NCBI GenBank assembly: GCA_900318085.1
Contig: ONJF01000012.1
Coordinates: 7,926 to 71,925, forward strand
Reading direction: 5' to 3'
Length of the DNA: 64,000 nucleotides
Source: an uncultured Bacteroidales bacterium
GTDB taxonomy: Bacteria > Bacteroidota > Bacteroidia > Bacteroidales > F082
Below the pieces are notes generated by a model. That model saw nothing but the letters and a program-made list of their open reading frames with translations. It was not told where the DNA came from and made no database searches. The position numbers were made by a program, and so were the translations under genes. Shown piece after piece: positions 44,691-54,488 of this stretch (position 1 is the first letter of the stretch; each line of letters begins with the position of its first letter).

Positions 44691-45653
44691 ATGGAATCTT
44701 TAATACCTTTATTATTATTAGCGGTCGGTTTTGTAGCCTTGATTTTGGGCGCCAACTGGCTTGTCGACGGGGCCTCTAGTATCGGCGTTCGCGCCAAGAT
44801 GACTCCACTCATGATCGGGCTCACCATCGTGGCTTTTGGAACTTCCTTACCCGAAATGGTTGTCAATGTGTTTTCGTGTGCCAAAGGCAGTCCGGGATTG
44901 GCTATCGGCAACATTATCGGAAGCAACACGATGAACATCCTTCTCATTTTAGGCGTCAGCGCTATCATTTGGCCCATTGACGTGAGCCGTGTTTCCATTC
45001 GACGCGACATTCCTGTAGGCTTTCTTGCCACCGCTACCATTGCCGTGATGGCCAATGATTTCTTCATGAGCAAAAACGACATCGTGAATGTCAACTGGAT
45101 CGATGGCATCATCCTGTTGGCGCTGGGCATCGGTTATTTTCTGCTGACCATCTTGAACAAAGTCCCACAAGAAGAAATCGGAAGTGAGCAACCGGTCATG
45201 CCTTGGGGCAAAACCATTCTTGCGCTCATAGTAGGCATCATCGGATTGTATGCAGGCGGCGAGCTTGTCTCTCATAACGCGCAGATTTTGGCCCGCAACT
45301 GGGGCATGAGTGAGAGCACCATCGGACTCACCGTCGTTGCCACCGCCACCTCTCTGCCCGAACTCATCACTTCGATCGTAGCCGCAACCAAGAAGAATTC
45401 CGGCATCGCCATCGGCAATGTGCTGGGCTCAAACATATTGAATATCTTCATGGTGCTAGGCGTCAGTGCGCTCATCACCCCATTGCCGTTTGAGCCTATG
45501 ATGAACAAACAACTCCTCATCTTGTTTGGAGCCAACGCTTTGATGCTTTTGTTCGTCTTCACGGGCAAAGGCCGCAAAATCTCACGATGGGAAGGCGCCT
45601 TCCTCGTCCTGGGTTATTTGGGCTTCATGTGGTTCTCATTGGCAATGCAATAA
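44691..45653 (+). CDS. Ca2+/Na+ antiporter family (YrbG-like)
   Basis: 320 aa, 10 TM. Paired alpha-repeats GNIIGSN and GNVLGSNILN. Confidence 0.8.
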   Translation: MESLIPLLLLAVGFVALILGANWLVDGASSIGVRAKMTPLMIGLTIVAFGTSLPEMVVNVFSCAKGSPGLAIGNIIGSNTMNILLILGVSAIIWPIDVSRVSIRRDIPVGFLATATIAVMANDFFMSKNDIVNVNWIDGIILLALGIGYFLLTILNKVPQEEIGSEQPVMPWGKTILALIVGIIGLYAGGELVSHNAQILARNWGMSESTIGLTVVATATSLPELITSIVAATKKNSGIAIGNVLGSNILNIFMVLGVSALITPLPFEPMMNKQLLILFGANALMLLFVFTGKGRKISRWEGAFLVLGYLGFMWFSLAMQ

Positions 45654-45658
45654 AAAAA

Positions 45659-45688
45659 TGTAGAGACGCGCCATGGCACGTCTCTACA
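45659..45688. terminator. Hairpin between convergent genes (bidirectional terminator / REP-like)
   Basis: TGTAGAGACG-N10-CGTCTCTACA, flanked by an A-run on the left. A related ACGTCTCTACA hairpin lies at 55729. Confidence 0.55.
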
Positions 45689-45712
45689 TATTACGATTGT
45701 TTATTCAATTTA

Positions 45713-46243
45713 TCAGTCTGCCAGTTGGAAGGCGGTCTTCACAGCCTCGTAGTCGCTGTAGTCGACATCGCTACGAATGCCGTAGACGGCAGCTTCGATA
45801 GCAACAATCTTGAAGTCGTGCGTTTCGGGACGCATCTCGTCATAGAAGTCGCTCTCCGTCCAGAAGAGACGCACAGCGCCATCGCTCAAGGTCGCCACCT
45901 CAATAGAGGCCTCGCAGTTGATTGTATTGCCCTGGTTGTCGAGATCCTGATAATAATAGGTCAGCGGGACCTGGCTCCAAGCGCCCGAGACATCCATGTA
46001 GACAAGGACTGCGCCATAATTATAAACATTGTTGTTGATGGCAGGATAGTCAATCGTGACGACCCATTGGCCGTTGGCATTGTTCCACTCCCAGTCACTC
46101 GACTTAACGGTCACCGTTGAAGAGGAAACATTGGCATCGTTGCCATCGTGACCATCGTGGCCCGCCGGACCTTGAGGCCCGCGGCAGGAAGCCATGAAAA
46201 CCACCGCCAAAATCGTCATGCAGATAACACTTAACTTTTTCAT
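45713..46243 (-). CDS. Hypothetical lipoprotein
   Basis: 176 aa. Signal ending FMASC, then a short GPxG collagen-like stretch. Confidence 0.5.
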   Translation of the reverse strand: MKKLSVICMTILAVVFMASCRGPQGPAGHDGHDGNDANVSSSTVTVKSSDWEWNNANGQWVVTIDYPAINNNVYNYGAVLVYMDVSGAWSQVPLTYYYQDLDNQGNTINCEASIEVATLSDGAVRLFWTESDFYDEMRPETHDFKIVAIEAAVYGIRSDVDYSDYEAVKTAFQLAD

Positions 46244-46365
46244 TTTCTTGAGGTTTTAATTATTAGACATTGATTTAATTCCATTTCTACGCTGCAAATC
46301 TACAAAAATCTTGCCGAAATGTTCCAATACGGAAAAACAATCTCAAAAAACCGTAATTTTGCGGC

Positions 46366-47262
46366 ATGAAAAACAGGAACTACATAGTTCATCTCGCAGG
46401 CGTTATTGCCATGGTTTTCTGGGGCATGTCGTTCGTTTGGTCGACACAAGTCTACCAAAACCTCAACCCCACTGCGACTATCTTTTTACGCCTTGTCGTA
46501 GCCACAATTTTCTTCACGGCCATACTTTTTACCTTCCGACTGAACGAAAAAGTCAAGAAAGAACATCTCGGACTCTTCGCTTTAGCGGCCATGTTTGAGC
46601 CTTTCCTCTATTTCATCTTTGAAGGCTACGGACTGAAGAACACCTCCCCTGTCATTGGATCGGCCATTATCGCTATGATACCCTTGGTGACTCCCATCGC
46701 AGCCCGCATTTTTCTCAAAGAGCGGTTGACGCCCATGAACATCGTTGGCTTTATCGTCTCCTTTGTCGGTGTCATTGTGATGCTACTCAACAAAAACCTT
46801 GAGTTCACTGCCTCACCCAAGGGCATCCTGTTCTTAAGCGGTGCAGTATTGGTAGCAGTGGGCTATTCCATTGCGCTCATCAAACTGACGAAGCTCTACA
46901 AACCTTTGACCATCACATGGGTGCAAAACATCATCGGAATGTTGTATTTTGCTCCGATGGTCCTCATCATGGAGCGTTTCGAGCCATCTAATTTCGCCAA
47001 TGTGGGCGGTTACATCGTTCCGTTAGTCTGCCTCGGTGTGTTTTGCAGTGCCGTCGCCTACGCCTTATGGGCCTTCGCTTTCAGCAAACTAGGTGCATCG
47101 CGAGCTAATGTCTATTCCAACCTGATTCCAGTTTTCACCGCCATCTTCAGTTATCTTCTTGCCATCGAAGAGATGACGGCATTCAAAATCATAGGCATCT
47201 TGGTGGTGGTCATCGGACTAGTACTTTCCCAACTGAAAACAAAAAAGGCTGCCACCGAGTGA
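46366..47262 (+). CDS. EamA/DMT-family transporter
   Basis: 298 aa, 10 TM, duplicated EamA halves. Confidence 0.75.
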   Translation: MKNRNYIVHLAGVIAMVFWGMSFVWSTQVYQNLNPTATIFLRLVVATIFFTAILFTFRLNEKVKKEHLGLFALAAMFEPFLYFIFEGYGLKNTSPVIGSAIIAMIPLVTPIAARIFLKERLTPMNIVGFIVSFVGVIVMLLNKNLEFTASPKGILFLSGAVLVAVGYSIALIKLTKLYKPLTITWVQNIIGMLYFAPMVLIMERFEPSNFANVGGYIVPLVCLGVFCSAVAYALWAFAFSKLGASRANVYSNLIPVFTAIFSYLLAIEEMTAFKIIGILVVVIGLVLSQLKTKKAATE

Positions 47263-47289
47263 CAGCCTAAACTCTTTTGTTCGGCAGGC

Positions 47290-47841
47290 TTACTTTAGTT
47301 TTATGGAGGACAAAATCTGCTTATAGGCCTCATTCTTGTATGCTTCGCTGCGAACTTCAGCCATCACGAATTCATCTTTTTCGTTGGCTTTCATCATCAC
47401 CGTGAAGTCGCCCATTTCGTTTTTGAACCCACGGAATTTGTTTGTTCCGAAACTAACTTCGCCCAAATCCTTCGTCTGTTGCAGACCTTGATAAGTCTTG
47501 ACCATTTCTGCCATTTGACGATACGGCTGTTCCTGGATTAAGATGGACCCAGTGAACTCATCGCCAGTACCTGGGTAGATTTTGGCTTCGTGTCTGTCTT
47601 GCTTCAGCACCTTCCATCCTTCAGGGAGGTCGACACTGAACATTTCAAAATCCAAGGTGCAGGGACCCACAGGAAGCTGCGGTTCCTCTTGAACAGTCTC
47701 GGTTTCGGCCGGTTGAGAAGTCTCTTGCTCGGCCACAGGCTGTTCCTCGGCTTTTTCATTTTGTTTGGCATTGTTGTTTCCGCATGCGACCATGGCAAAC
47801 ATGACGACAGCGGCCATGGCGAAGTGATAAATCCTTTTCAT
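47290..47841 (-). CDS. Hypothetical lipoprotein
   Basis: 183 aa. Signal ending MVAC, then an acidic Q/E-rich linker. Confidence 0.5.
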   Translation of the reverse strand: MKRIYHFAMAAVVMFAMVACGNNNAKQNEKAEEQPVAEQETSQPAETETVQEEPQLPVGPCTLDFEMFSVDLPEGWKVLKQDRHEAKIYPGTGDEFTGSILIQEQPYRQMAEMVKTYQGLQQTKDLGEVSFGTNKFRGFKNEMGDFTVMMKANEKDEFVMAEVRSEAYKNEAYKQILSSIKLK

Positions 47842-48004
47842 TTGTCTAGTATTTGATTAATAAAACGATGAAATCAGTTCTGAACTCTTATTGAATTTAC
47901 AAAATTAGGAATATGAAACGACTGAAAACGGGGAGAAAACTCCTATTTTTCGAAAAAGAAGACAAAAAAAAACCTGTATTAAAGCAAAAAACATTTGTTT
48001 TCCA

Positions 48005-48012
48005 TAATTTTG
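48005..48012 (+). promoter_or_regulatory. -7 box TAATTTTG
   Basis: Matches TAnnTTTG, 21 nt before the ATG at 48033. Confidence 0.5.
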
Positions 48013-48032
48013 CAGCACTCAACCGGAGCATT

Positions 48033-48803
48033 ATGATCACCAGTAAAACCAACCCAAAGATAAAGAACCTTGTCAGATTGCAGAAGGCTGCCGAGCGTCG
48101 CGAGCAAAACCGCATCCTTATCGAAGGACAGCGCGAGATCGAGCGCGCACAAAAGTGTGGCTTCGTGATTGAGCAGTTGTATGTCTGCGAGTCGCTGCTG
48201 CGCGAGCCACTCGCCATCAAAGCTGAGTTCATCGAGACCGTGACGGAAGAGGTGTTCGACAAGATCGCCTACCGTGAAGGAAGCGACGGTCTGCTGGCCG
48301 TGGCCATACCCAAATACAAGAGCCTCAACGAATTCAAACCGAAGAAAGATGCTTTGATTATCGTATTGGAAACGGTGGAAAAGCCTGGCAACCTCGGTGC
48401 TGTGATGCGTACCGCCGATGCCGCAGGAGTCGATGCCGTCATCGTAGCCGACCCCGCAACGGATCTCTTTAATCCCAACGCCATCCGTGCCAGCATCGGA
48501 TGCATCTTCAGCGTGCCTGTCTATGCCTGCTCCACCGAAGAATGCATCAGCTGGCTGAAAAAGAACGGCATCACCATATACTGCACCTACCTCAAGGCCT
48601 CCATCGACTACCTCGATGCCGATTTCCGCAAGGCATCCGCCCTAGTCATGGGCACCGAGGCCACGGGCATCTCCAATGCCTGGGTCGAGGCTGCTGATCA
48701 AAACATCATCATCCCCATGAACGGCATTGCCGACTCGCTCAACGTGTCGGTCACGACCGCCATCGTCACCTTTGAGGCCGTGCGCCAAAGGAGAAAGCCA
48801 TGA
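48033..48803 (+). CDS. SpoU/TrmH-family RNA 2'-O-methyltransferase
   Basis: Trimmed to MITSKTNPKIKNL. VEKPGNLGAVMRTADAAGV, and LNVSVTTAI near the C-terminus. Confidence 0.8.
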   Translation: MITSKTNPKIKNLVRLQKAAERREQNRILIEGQREIERAQKCGFVIEQLYVCESLLREPLAIKAEFIETVTEEVFDKIAYREGSDGLLAVAIPKYKSLNEFKPKKDALIIVLETVEKPGNLGAVMRTADAAGVDAVIVADPATDLFNPNAIRASIGCIFSVPVYACSTEECISWLKKNGITIYCTYLKASIDYLDADFRKASALVMGTEATGISNAWVEAADQNIIIPMNGIADSLNVSVTTAIVTFEAVRQRRKP

Positions 48804-49738
48804 AAAAGGACTATTTCCTGCTGCATCTCTCCGTCTTCATCGCCGGATTCACTGGCGTGTTGGGGCGACTCATCACCTTGGATTCTGCCATTCTGGTATG
48901 GTGGCGCATGGCTGCGGCGGCGGTGATTATGTGGTTGTTTTTACGGGTATCGAAACAACGCGGTGTGGACGCATGCGGTGTGGACGCACGCGGTGTGGAC
49001 GCACGCGGTGCGTCCCTACAACAACGATACAATTTCAGGGACATTTTGCAGATGGGCGGCGTGGGTATGTTGTTGTGCCTGCATTGGGTCTTTTTCTATG
49101 CCTCTATCAAGGCCTCCAATGTCAGCATCGGCGTGGTGTGTTTCTCCTTGGTCGGGTTTTTCACAGCCTTGCTTGAGCCCATCATCAACAGGCATAAATT
49201 CTCGGGGCGCGAATTCCTCTTCAGCCTGCTCACCATACTTGGCATATACCTTATCTTCCAATTCGACGCACGCTACCGTCTGGGAATCATCCTGGGTGTG
49301 GTCTCTTCGGCCTTGTATGCCTTGTTTGCCATTACCAACCAACGCGTCGGCAAACACTACGAAGCCAAGAACATGCTGCTTTGGGAGATGGTTGGTGGCC
49401 TCATCGGCCTGACCTGCCTGATACCTATATATAATGCATTTATCCCCGTCGGGCGGCTCTATCCTGTCGGCATGGACTATCCCTATTTGGCTTTCATGGT
49501 CGTGGTCTGCACTATCGGGCTTTGCCTACTGCAAATTATCGTATTGCAGAAGATTCCTGCCTTCACCGTCAACCTGACCTACAACTTGGAGCCTGTATAC
49601 AGCATCATCCTCTCCATGTTCATCTTCAGCGAGTACAAGGAGTTGAATTTCTCGTTCTGCATCGGCATCGCGCTGATTATCATCTCTGTCGTCTTGCAGA
49701 CTTGGAGCGAAATCAGGAGGCGAAAAATCAAAGCTTAA
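48800..49738 (+). CDS. EamA/DMT-family transporter carrying an in-frame 15-nt tandem repeat
   Basis: 312 aa, multi-TM. ATGA overlap with the upstream stop. Confidence 0.65.
   Translation: MKKDYFLLHLSVFIAGFTGVLGRLITLDSAILVWWRMAAAAVIMWLFLRVSKQRGVDACGVDARGVDARGASLQQRYNFRDILQMGGVGMLLCLHWVFFYASIKASNVSIGVVCFSLVGFFTALLEPIINRHKFSGREFLFSLLTILGIYLIFQFDARYRLGIILGVVSSALYALFAITNQRVGKHYEAKNMLLWEMVGGLIGLTCLIPIYNAFIPVGRLYPVGMDYPYLAFMVVVCTIGLCLLQIIVLQKIPAFTVNLTYNLEPVYSIILSMFIFSEYKELNFSFCIGIALIIISVVLQTWSEIRRRKIKA
48960..49015 (+). repeat. 15-nt tandem repeat (GCGGTGTGGACGCAY) x3.7 inside the coding sequence
   Basis: Encodes GVDACGVDARGVDARGAS in a loop after TM2. Confidence 0.8.
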
Positions 49739-50681
49739 CCTTCACGAACACCGGATAATGGTCGGAAGGATTGTGCCGAATGTAGGTGTCGAATGAGATC
49801 TGCTGCGGTGCATCGGAGGCCTTGATGGTGCTATCCGGGTCTTCATCAGGTGTCCAATAACTGTTGGTGAAGACACCATAGGCTTCTACTGTCGTGGTGG
49901 GCGACACAAAGACATGGTCGATACGGCTTGTGGTGAAATAATTGGTCTTGAAGGCATTGAAGGTGCCATTCTCCGCAAAACGAATGCGAGCGGCATCGTA
50001 GGAGTCTTTCAGCAGCCCCGATTCCGTAAAAATCTTGTAAATCTCATCGTTTTGGTCCACATTGAAGTCGCCAGTGATGAACACGGGGGCGCCTTGGGCA
50101 ATCTCACGAACCTTGGCCACCACCAATTTGGCTGACTCGCGTCGTGCCACCACACCCACATGGTCCATATGCAGGTTGAAAAAATAAAACTCCATGGCAG
50201 GGTCGGATTTCTTTCGGTTGAACAGGCCACTTCGTTGTTCTTTCTCCGTTTTCACTTCAAATTTGCCCCAGGTGCAAATGCGTATGCAGACCGCATCCCA
50301 ACCCAAGCCAGGTTTGTCAGGTGTCGCGCTCAACCAGAAATCGCCATGGTCAAGAAGGCGTAGTTTTCTTTTTTTATAAAAGATGGCTTCATGTTCGCCG
50401 CCACGCTGACCGTCATCACGACCGATGCCTATATAATCATAGCCATCCAAAGACTTCTTCATATCTTGGAGTTGGTCATATAGCACTTCCTGGGTGCCAA
50501 AGACATCGGGTGCCATAAAGTTCACCTGGTCGCAAATGACCTGACAGCGCTTGGTCCACACCTCACCATTGATGCTATCATTGGCGTTTTTGTATCGAAT
50601 GTTATATGATCCGACGAGCATTTGCTGGGCGGAAAGCTGTAGGGATGCCGCAATGAGGGCAAAGAGAAGGAGTTTTTTCAT
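49728..50681 (-). CDS. Endonuclease/exonuclease/phosphatase (EEP) family secreted protein
   Basis: 317 aa with a signal peptide. C-terminal SDHYPV motif. Confidence 0.75.
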   Translation of the reverse strand: MKKLLLFALIAASLQLSAQQMLVGSYNIRYKNANDSINGEVWTKRCQVICDQVNFMAPDVFGTQEVLYDQLQDMKKSLDGYDYIGIGRDDGQRGGEHEAIFYKKRKLRLLDHGDFWLSATPDKPGLGWDAVCIRICTWGKFEVKTEKEQRSGLFNRKKSDPAMEFYFFNLHMDHVGVVARRESAKLVVAKVREIAQGAPVFITGDFNVDQNDEIYKIFTESGLLKDSYDAARIRFAENGTFNAFKTNYFTTSRIDHVFVSPTTTVEAYGVFTNSYWTPDEDPDSTIKASDAPQQISFDTYIRHNPSDHYPVFVKVKL

Positions 50682-50692
50682 AGAAAAAGGTT

Positions 50693-51307
50693 TTATTGGG
50701 GCAAAAATAGAAAAATTCCATATTCCTCATTACTTTTCCCCAACTTATTATACCAACTCCCAAACACAAACAACTCCTCACCAAAGACGAATCCCAAACT
50801 CTCATAATAATGTTGCAAACGCGGTTTGTCTTTGTCGACAAGCAGTGTAACCTTTTGAAAACCATTGCGTAAGGCATAATCCATTCGGTCGCTTATCAGC
50901 ATTTTACCAATGCCAAGGCCTCTGAAATCCGATAGAACGGCCATGCTATCCAAATAGAATTCACCTGGACTGGTTTCCATCGCATTGCGACTCAAATCCA
51001 TGCCTGATGTTTGTTGCACAAGGCCGAAGGTCTTGGCGCGCAAGGCAGCATAACGAGCTCCATCGTAAGCCACCAAGGCGCCCACCCTATTTCCATCGAC
51101 ATCGGCTATGCGTGTATTGAGGTAGCTATATAAGGTGTCATCCATGCGGCAAATATCCATCAAGTGCTCATAGATGGCACGCTGCTCATCAGGAAGGACA
51201 GCATCAATGTCCAGCATATCGATGCCCGCCAACACAACTCGCGCAATAAAAGGCGCGTCTTCCGATGTGGCATCACGAAGCTGGACTATGGGAAGGACGG
51301 ACTGCAT
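50693..51307 (-). CDS. GNAT-family N-acetyltransferase
   Basis: 204 aa. Acetyl-CoA motif FRGLGIGKML. Confidence 0.7.
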   Translation of the reverse strand: MQSVLPIVQLRDATSEDAPFIARVVLAGIDMLDIDAVLPDEQRAIYEHLMDICRMDDTLYSYLNTRIADVDGNRVGALVAYDGARYAALRAKTFGLVQQTSGMDLSRNAMETSPGEFYLDSMAVLSDFRGLGIGKMLISDRMDYALRNGFQKVTLLVDKDKPRLQHYYESLGFVFGEELFVFGSWYNKLGKSNEEYGIFLFLPQ

Positions 51308-52500
51308 TAACGAAGTTTATTTCTCTGATAATGAGGTGTTACGACGATGACAAAAAAGATCAACGACACCAGCACCGAAGCCGAAGCCACCAGATAGGCT
51401 GCAGAGAACGAAAAATGCTCGGCCAACATACCTCCCGAGAAGATGCCAATGCCGAGACCCAGGTCCCAAGTCGTTAAATAGGTAGATGTTGCTGTGCCTC
51501 TTTGGGCGTTGGTGCCAAGGTTGATAAACAAGGCATTAAACGATGGAAAAGCCGCCCCGAAGCCCAAACCACAACACAAGGCAATCAACAGGAAAGCCGC
51601 TGCTGTGTAGCCCGTGCCCAAGGCATTGCAATGATGGCACATACCAAGTCCAAACATAGCGAACACAACGATACCTAAACCCAAGGCAATAGTTTGCGTC
51701 ACCTTGCCCTTATCGACCATCTTGCCAGCAAACAGTCGCGAGGCAATCAGGCCGACGGCATATACCGAGAAGAACAAGCCGCTACTGATGGTCAGGCCCA
51801 TCTCCTTGGCATAGAGAGCAATATAATTGGAGATCTGTCCATACGCGAATGCCAACAAGGTGAATGAGATGCCCGCCAACAGGCCTTTCAACAAGATGAA
51901 ACGGTCCAAGGAAATAGGAGGACGCTTAACGGGCGGCCTAACTTTGGTCTGAATCCTTGATGCAAACAATGCTGCCAGTAGGCTGCAACCCATGCATCCC
52001 ATAAAGATAGCGTTGAAGCTGAAATGCTCGTAGACGAACAATCCCGTCATTGGGCCGACGGCCATGGCGATGTTGTTAGCCACACCGTAATAGCCGATGC
52101 CCTCTCCCCTATGTTCCGACGGCACCACATCGATGACCAAGGTGTTGCCACCCACCGAGGTGAGGCCAAATGCCAAGCCGTGAACAATGCGGATTATTAT
52201 TAATATGGTGATGGTAGCGGCAAAAAGATAGCCGACAAACACAGCAGTGAAGATGGACAATGCCAACAGATACAAGGGTTTGCGTTTAAAGGTATCCATC
52301 ATATAGCCCGAGAAGGGGCGCACCACCAAAGTAGCTAAAGTATAACAAGAGATGACCGTGCCAATAATCGCATTGCCCGCCTGGTATTTCTCCATAATGA
52401 AGAAAGGCAAAACGGGCAGCAACAGATAGAACGAGAAGAAAAACAAGAAATTAGCTGCACAAAGGCAGAGGTAATTCTTATTGAACAGTTTATCTTCCAT
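51307..52500 (-). CDS. MFS transporter
   Basis: 397 aa, 12 TM. Confidence 0.75.
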   Translation of the reverse strand: MEDKLFNKNYLCLCAANFLFFFSFYLLLPVLPFFIMEKYQAGNAIIGTVISCYTLATLVVRPFSGYMMDTFKRKPLYLLALSIFTAVFVGYLFAATITILIIIRIVHGLAFGLTSVGGNTLVIDVVPSEHRGEGIGYYGVANNIAMAVGPMTGLFVYEHFSFNAIFMGCMGCSLLAALFASRIQTKVRPPVKRPPISLDRFILLKGLLAGISFTLLAFAYGQISNYIALYAKEMGLTISSGLFFSVYAVGLIASRLFAGKMVDKGKVTQTIALGLGIVVFAMFGLGMCHHCNALGTGYTAAAFLLIALCCGLGFGAAFPSFNALFINLGTNAQRGTATSTYLTTWDLGLGIGIFSGGMLAEHFSFSAAYLVASASVLVSLIFFVIVVTPHYQRNKLR

Positions 52501-52824
52501 GATTTTGGCTCGTTTTAACTACATTGAAATGCCCTGCATTCGACATAGTCAATGCTGCGCATTTCGGGCGGCAAAAGTACTGAAAAAAGATGCACCCCTC
52601 GAGATGTGGTGAAGTTTTTGCTTGGTTTTTACCGAACAAGCATCCTTATAGGATATAAAAATAGCCAAATTTCGGAAATTTTGTCATAAATATTTACACA
52701 AAACTACATAAAATCGGAAATATTGTCAGTAAAAATAGTGTTTTAGACCCGTTTTTGGCCTTGGCAAAGAATTTGACTAGATGGAGTCGTCCGAACGAAA
52801 GGACGGGCAAAAAGTCCCAAGGTC

Positions 52825-52848
52825 GGCCCTTCGACAGGCTCAGGGACC
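52825..52848. repeat. 24-nt repeat GGCCCTTCGACAGGCTCAGGGACC (copy 1)
   Basis: 23 of 24 positions identical to 57147..57170. Confidence 0.7.
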
Positions 52849-52902
52849 TCAAAAAAACGAACAATCAATAAACAAACAACTAAAAAATAGGAGATCAAAA
52901 CC

Positions 52903-53328
52903 ATGTTAGTAACCAGAAGAAACCAAGACTTCATGCCTACTCTGTTCAACGAACTGATGAACTGGAACGACACGACTTATTCAACGCCCCGCATGAACAT
53001 CATGGAGACGAAAGACAACTACAAACTCGAGCTCTGCATCCCTGGTCTCACCAAGGAAGACGTCAAGTTGAGCATCGACGCCGAAGGCAACCTCGTCGTC
53101 GAGATGGTCAAAGAGAACAAGAGCGAGAAGAAAGAGAACAAGGAAGAGATGCGCTACCTGCGTCATGAGTTCTCGGTCGAACACTTCCGCCAGACGGTGA
53201 TGCTGCCTGAGGACATCCACAAGGAGCAGATCAGCGCCAAGGTCGAAAACGGCATCCTCGACATCGTCATCCCGAAGGTGACTAATGAAGAGAAGAAGCA
53301 GGCCATGCAGACCATCGAAGTCTGCTAA
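52903..53328 (+). CDS. Hsp20/alpha-crystallin small heat-shock protein
   Basis: 141 aa. Alpha-crystallin core (PGLTKEDVKLSID...ENGILDIVIPK). Confidence 0.85.
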   Translation: MLVTRRNQDFMPTLFNELMNWNDTTYSTPRMNIMETKDNYKLELCIPGLTKEDVKLSIDAEGNLVVEMVKENKSEKKENKEEMRYLRHEFSVEHFRQTVMLPEDIHKEQISAKVENGILDIVIPKVTNEEKKQAMQTIEVC

Positions 53329-53418
53329 AGTCTTCCCAAAAACAACCCCACAACGGGACGGAGTCATCCGCCCCGTTTTTTTTGTTGCCCCATATTCCAA
53401 TCCCGACACTTTTATTCT

Positions 53419-53426
53419 TACCTTTG
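53419..53426 (+). promoter_or_regulatory. -7 box TACCTTTG
   Basis: Matches TAnnTTTG, 19 nt before the ATG at 53445. Confidence 0.5.
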
Positions 53427-53444
53427 CAGCAAATTTATTTGCGT

Positions 53445-54482
53445 ATGAGAAAAGCGTTACTCCTCACCTTTTTATCCATCTTCGCCATCCTTCAGGCCTT
53501 TTCACAAGACGGCAAGCCTTTTGTCACTCTCGACAACCTGCATCTGAACACGCGTGCCGACTTCACCCTCGACTACCATCCCGGGTATGATACCATTGCG
53601 CCGAGCACCGACCATGGTTTTGCAGGCAAATATCTCGTCGTGGCCTTGGACGGCACCCTCGGCAGCAAGTTTAGCTACCACTTGCGTCAGCGCATCAACG
53701 CGCCAAACATCGGTTTTGCCAACACTTTTTTCCAAGGCACCGACTGGGCTTACCTCAACTGGAACTTCACTGACAACCTTTTCTTATCAGCCGGAAAGCA
53801 AGTCGTCGCCATTGGCGGCTGGGAATATGATACCAACCCCATTGACATCTACTATGGCACCGAGTTCTGGAACACCGTATGCTGCTACGAGGTAGGCGCC
53901 TCCTTGAATTTCAAGGACAATTCCGGTAAGAACCACTTCCTCATCCAGATGTGCAACTCGCCATTCATCAACCAAGCCATGCAGAGCATCTACGCCTACA
54001 ATTTGATGTGGTACGGCAACTATGGCATCTTCAAGACGGCCTATTCCGTCAACATGATTGAATATCAACCCGGCAAGTTCATCAACTACATTGCTTTGGG
54101 CAACAAGTTGCAATTCAAAGGCGTGGAGATGTATCTCGACATCATCAATCGAGCTTCTTTCGAACAGGAACAATTCTTCGGTCAAGACATCACCGCCATC
54201 TATGGCATCGGCGTCGATATCGGAAAGAAATGGATTGTGTTCGCCAAGGCAGGTTACGACTTCAACAAAGCCCAACTGCCCAACACGGAAGCCTATGACC
54301 AGTATATAGTCCCCGGCAAGAGAGTTGACTTCGAGAGCCTCGGCTTCGAATATTACCCCCTGGGTGACCGCAACATCCGCCTCCACCTCTGTGGCTCACA
54401 CACCAGCGTGGATGGCGTCAGCAAGTTCCAGGCTAACCTCGGCTTGACATGGAAAGTCGATCTCCTTCAACTGAAAAAATAA
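53445..54482 (+). CDS. Outer-membrane beta-barrel porin-like protein
   Basis: Trimmed to MRKALLLTFLSIFAILQAFSQ. Alternating amphipathic strands and aromatic-rich segments (for example LGLTWKV near the C-terminus). Confidence 0.5.
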   Translation: MRKALLLTFLSIFAILQAFSQDGKPFVTLDNLHLNTRADFTLDYHPGYDTIAPSTDHGFAGKYLVVALDGTLGSKFSYHLRQRINAPNIGFANTFFQGTDWAYLNWNFTDNLFLSAGKQVVAIGGWEYDTNPIDIYYGTEFWNTVCCYEVGASLNFKDNSGKNHFLIQMCNSPFINQAMQSIYAYNLMWYGNYGIFKTAYSVNMIEYQPGKFINYIALGNKLQFKGVEMYLDIINRASFEQEQFFGQDITAIYGIGVDIGKKWIVFAKAGYDFNKAQLPNTEAYDQYIVPGKRVDFESLGFEYYPLGDRNIRLHLCGSHTSVDGVSKFQANLGLTWKVDLLQLKK

Positions 54483-54488
54483 TCCGCC

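Noticed and set aside
47913-48032. N-terminal extension of the SpoU methyltransferase ORF
   Set aside because: The extension spans the -7 box at 48005. The conserved protein begins at MITSKTNPKIKNL.
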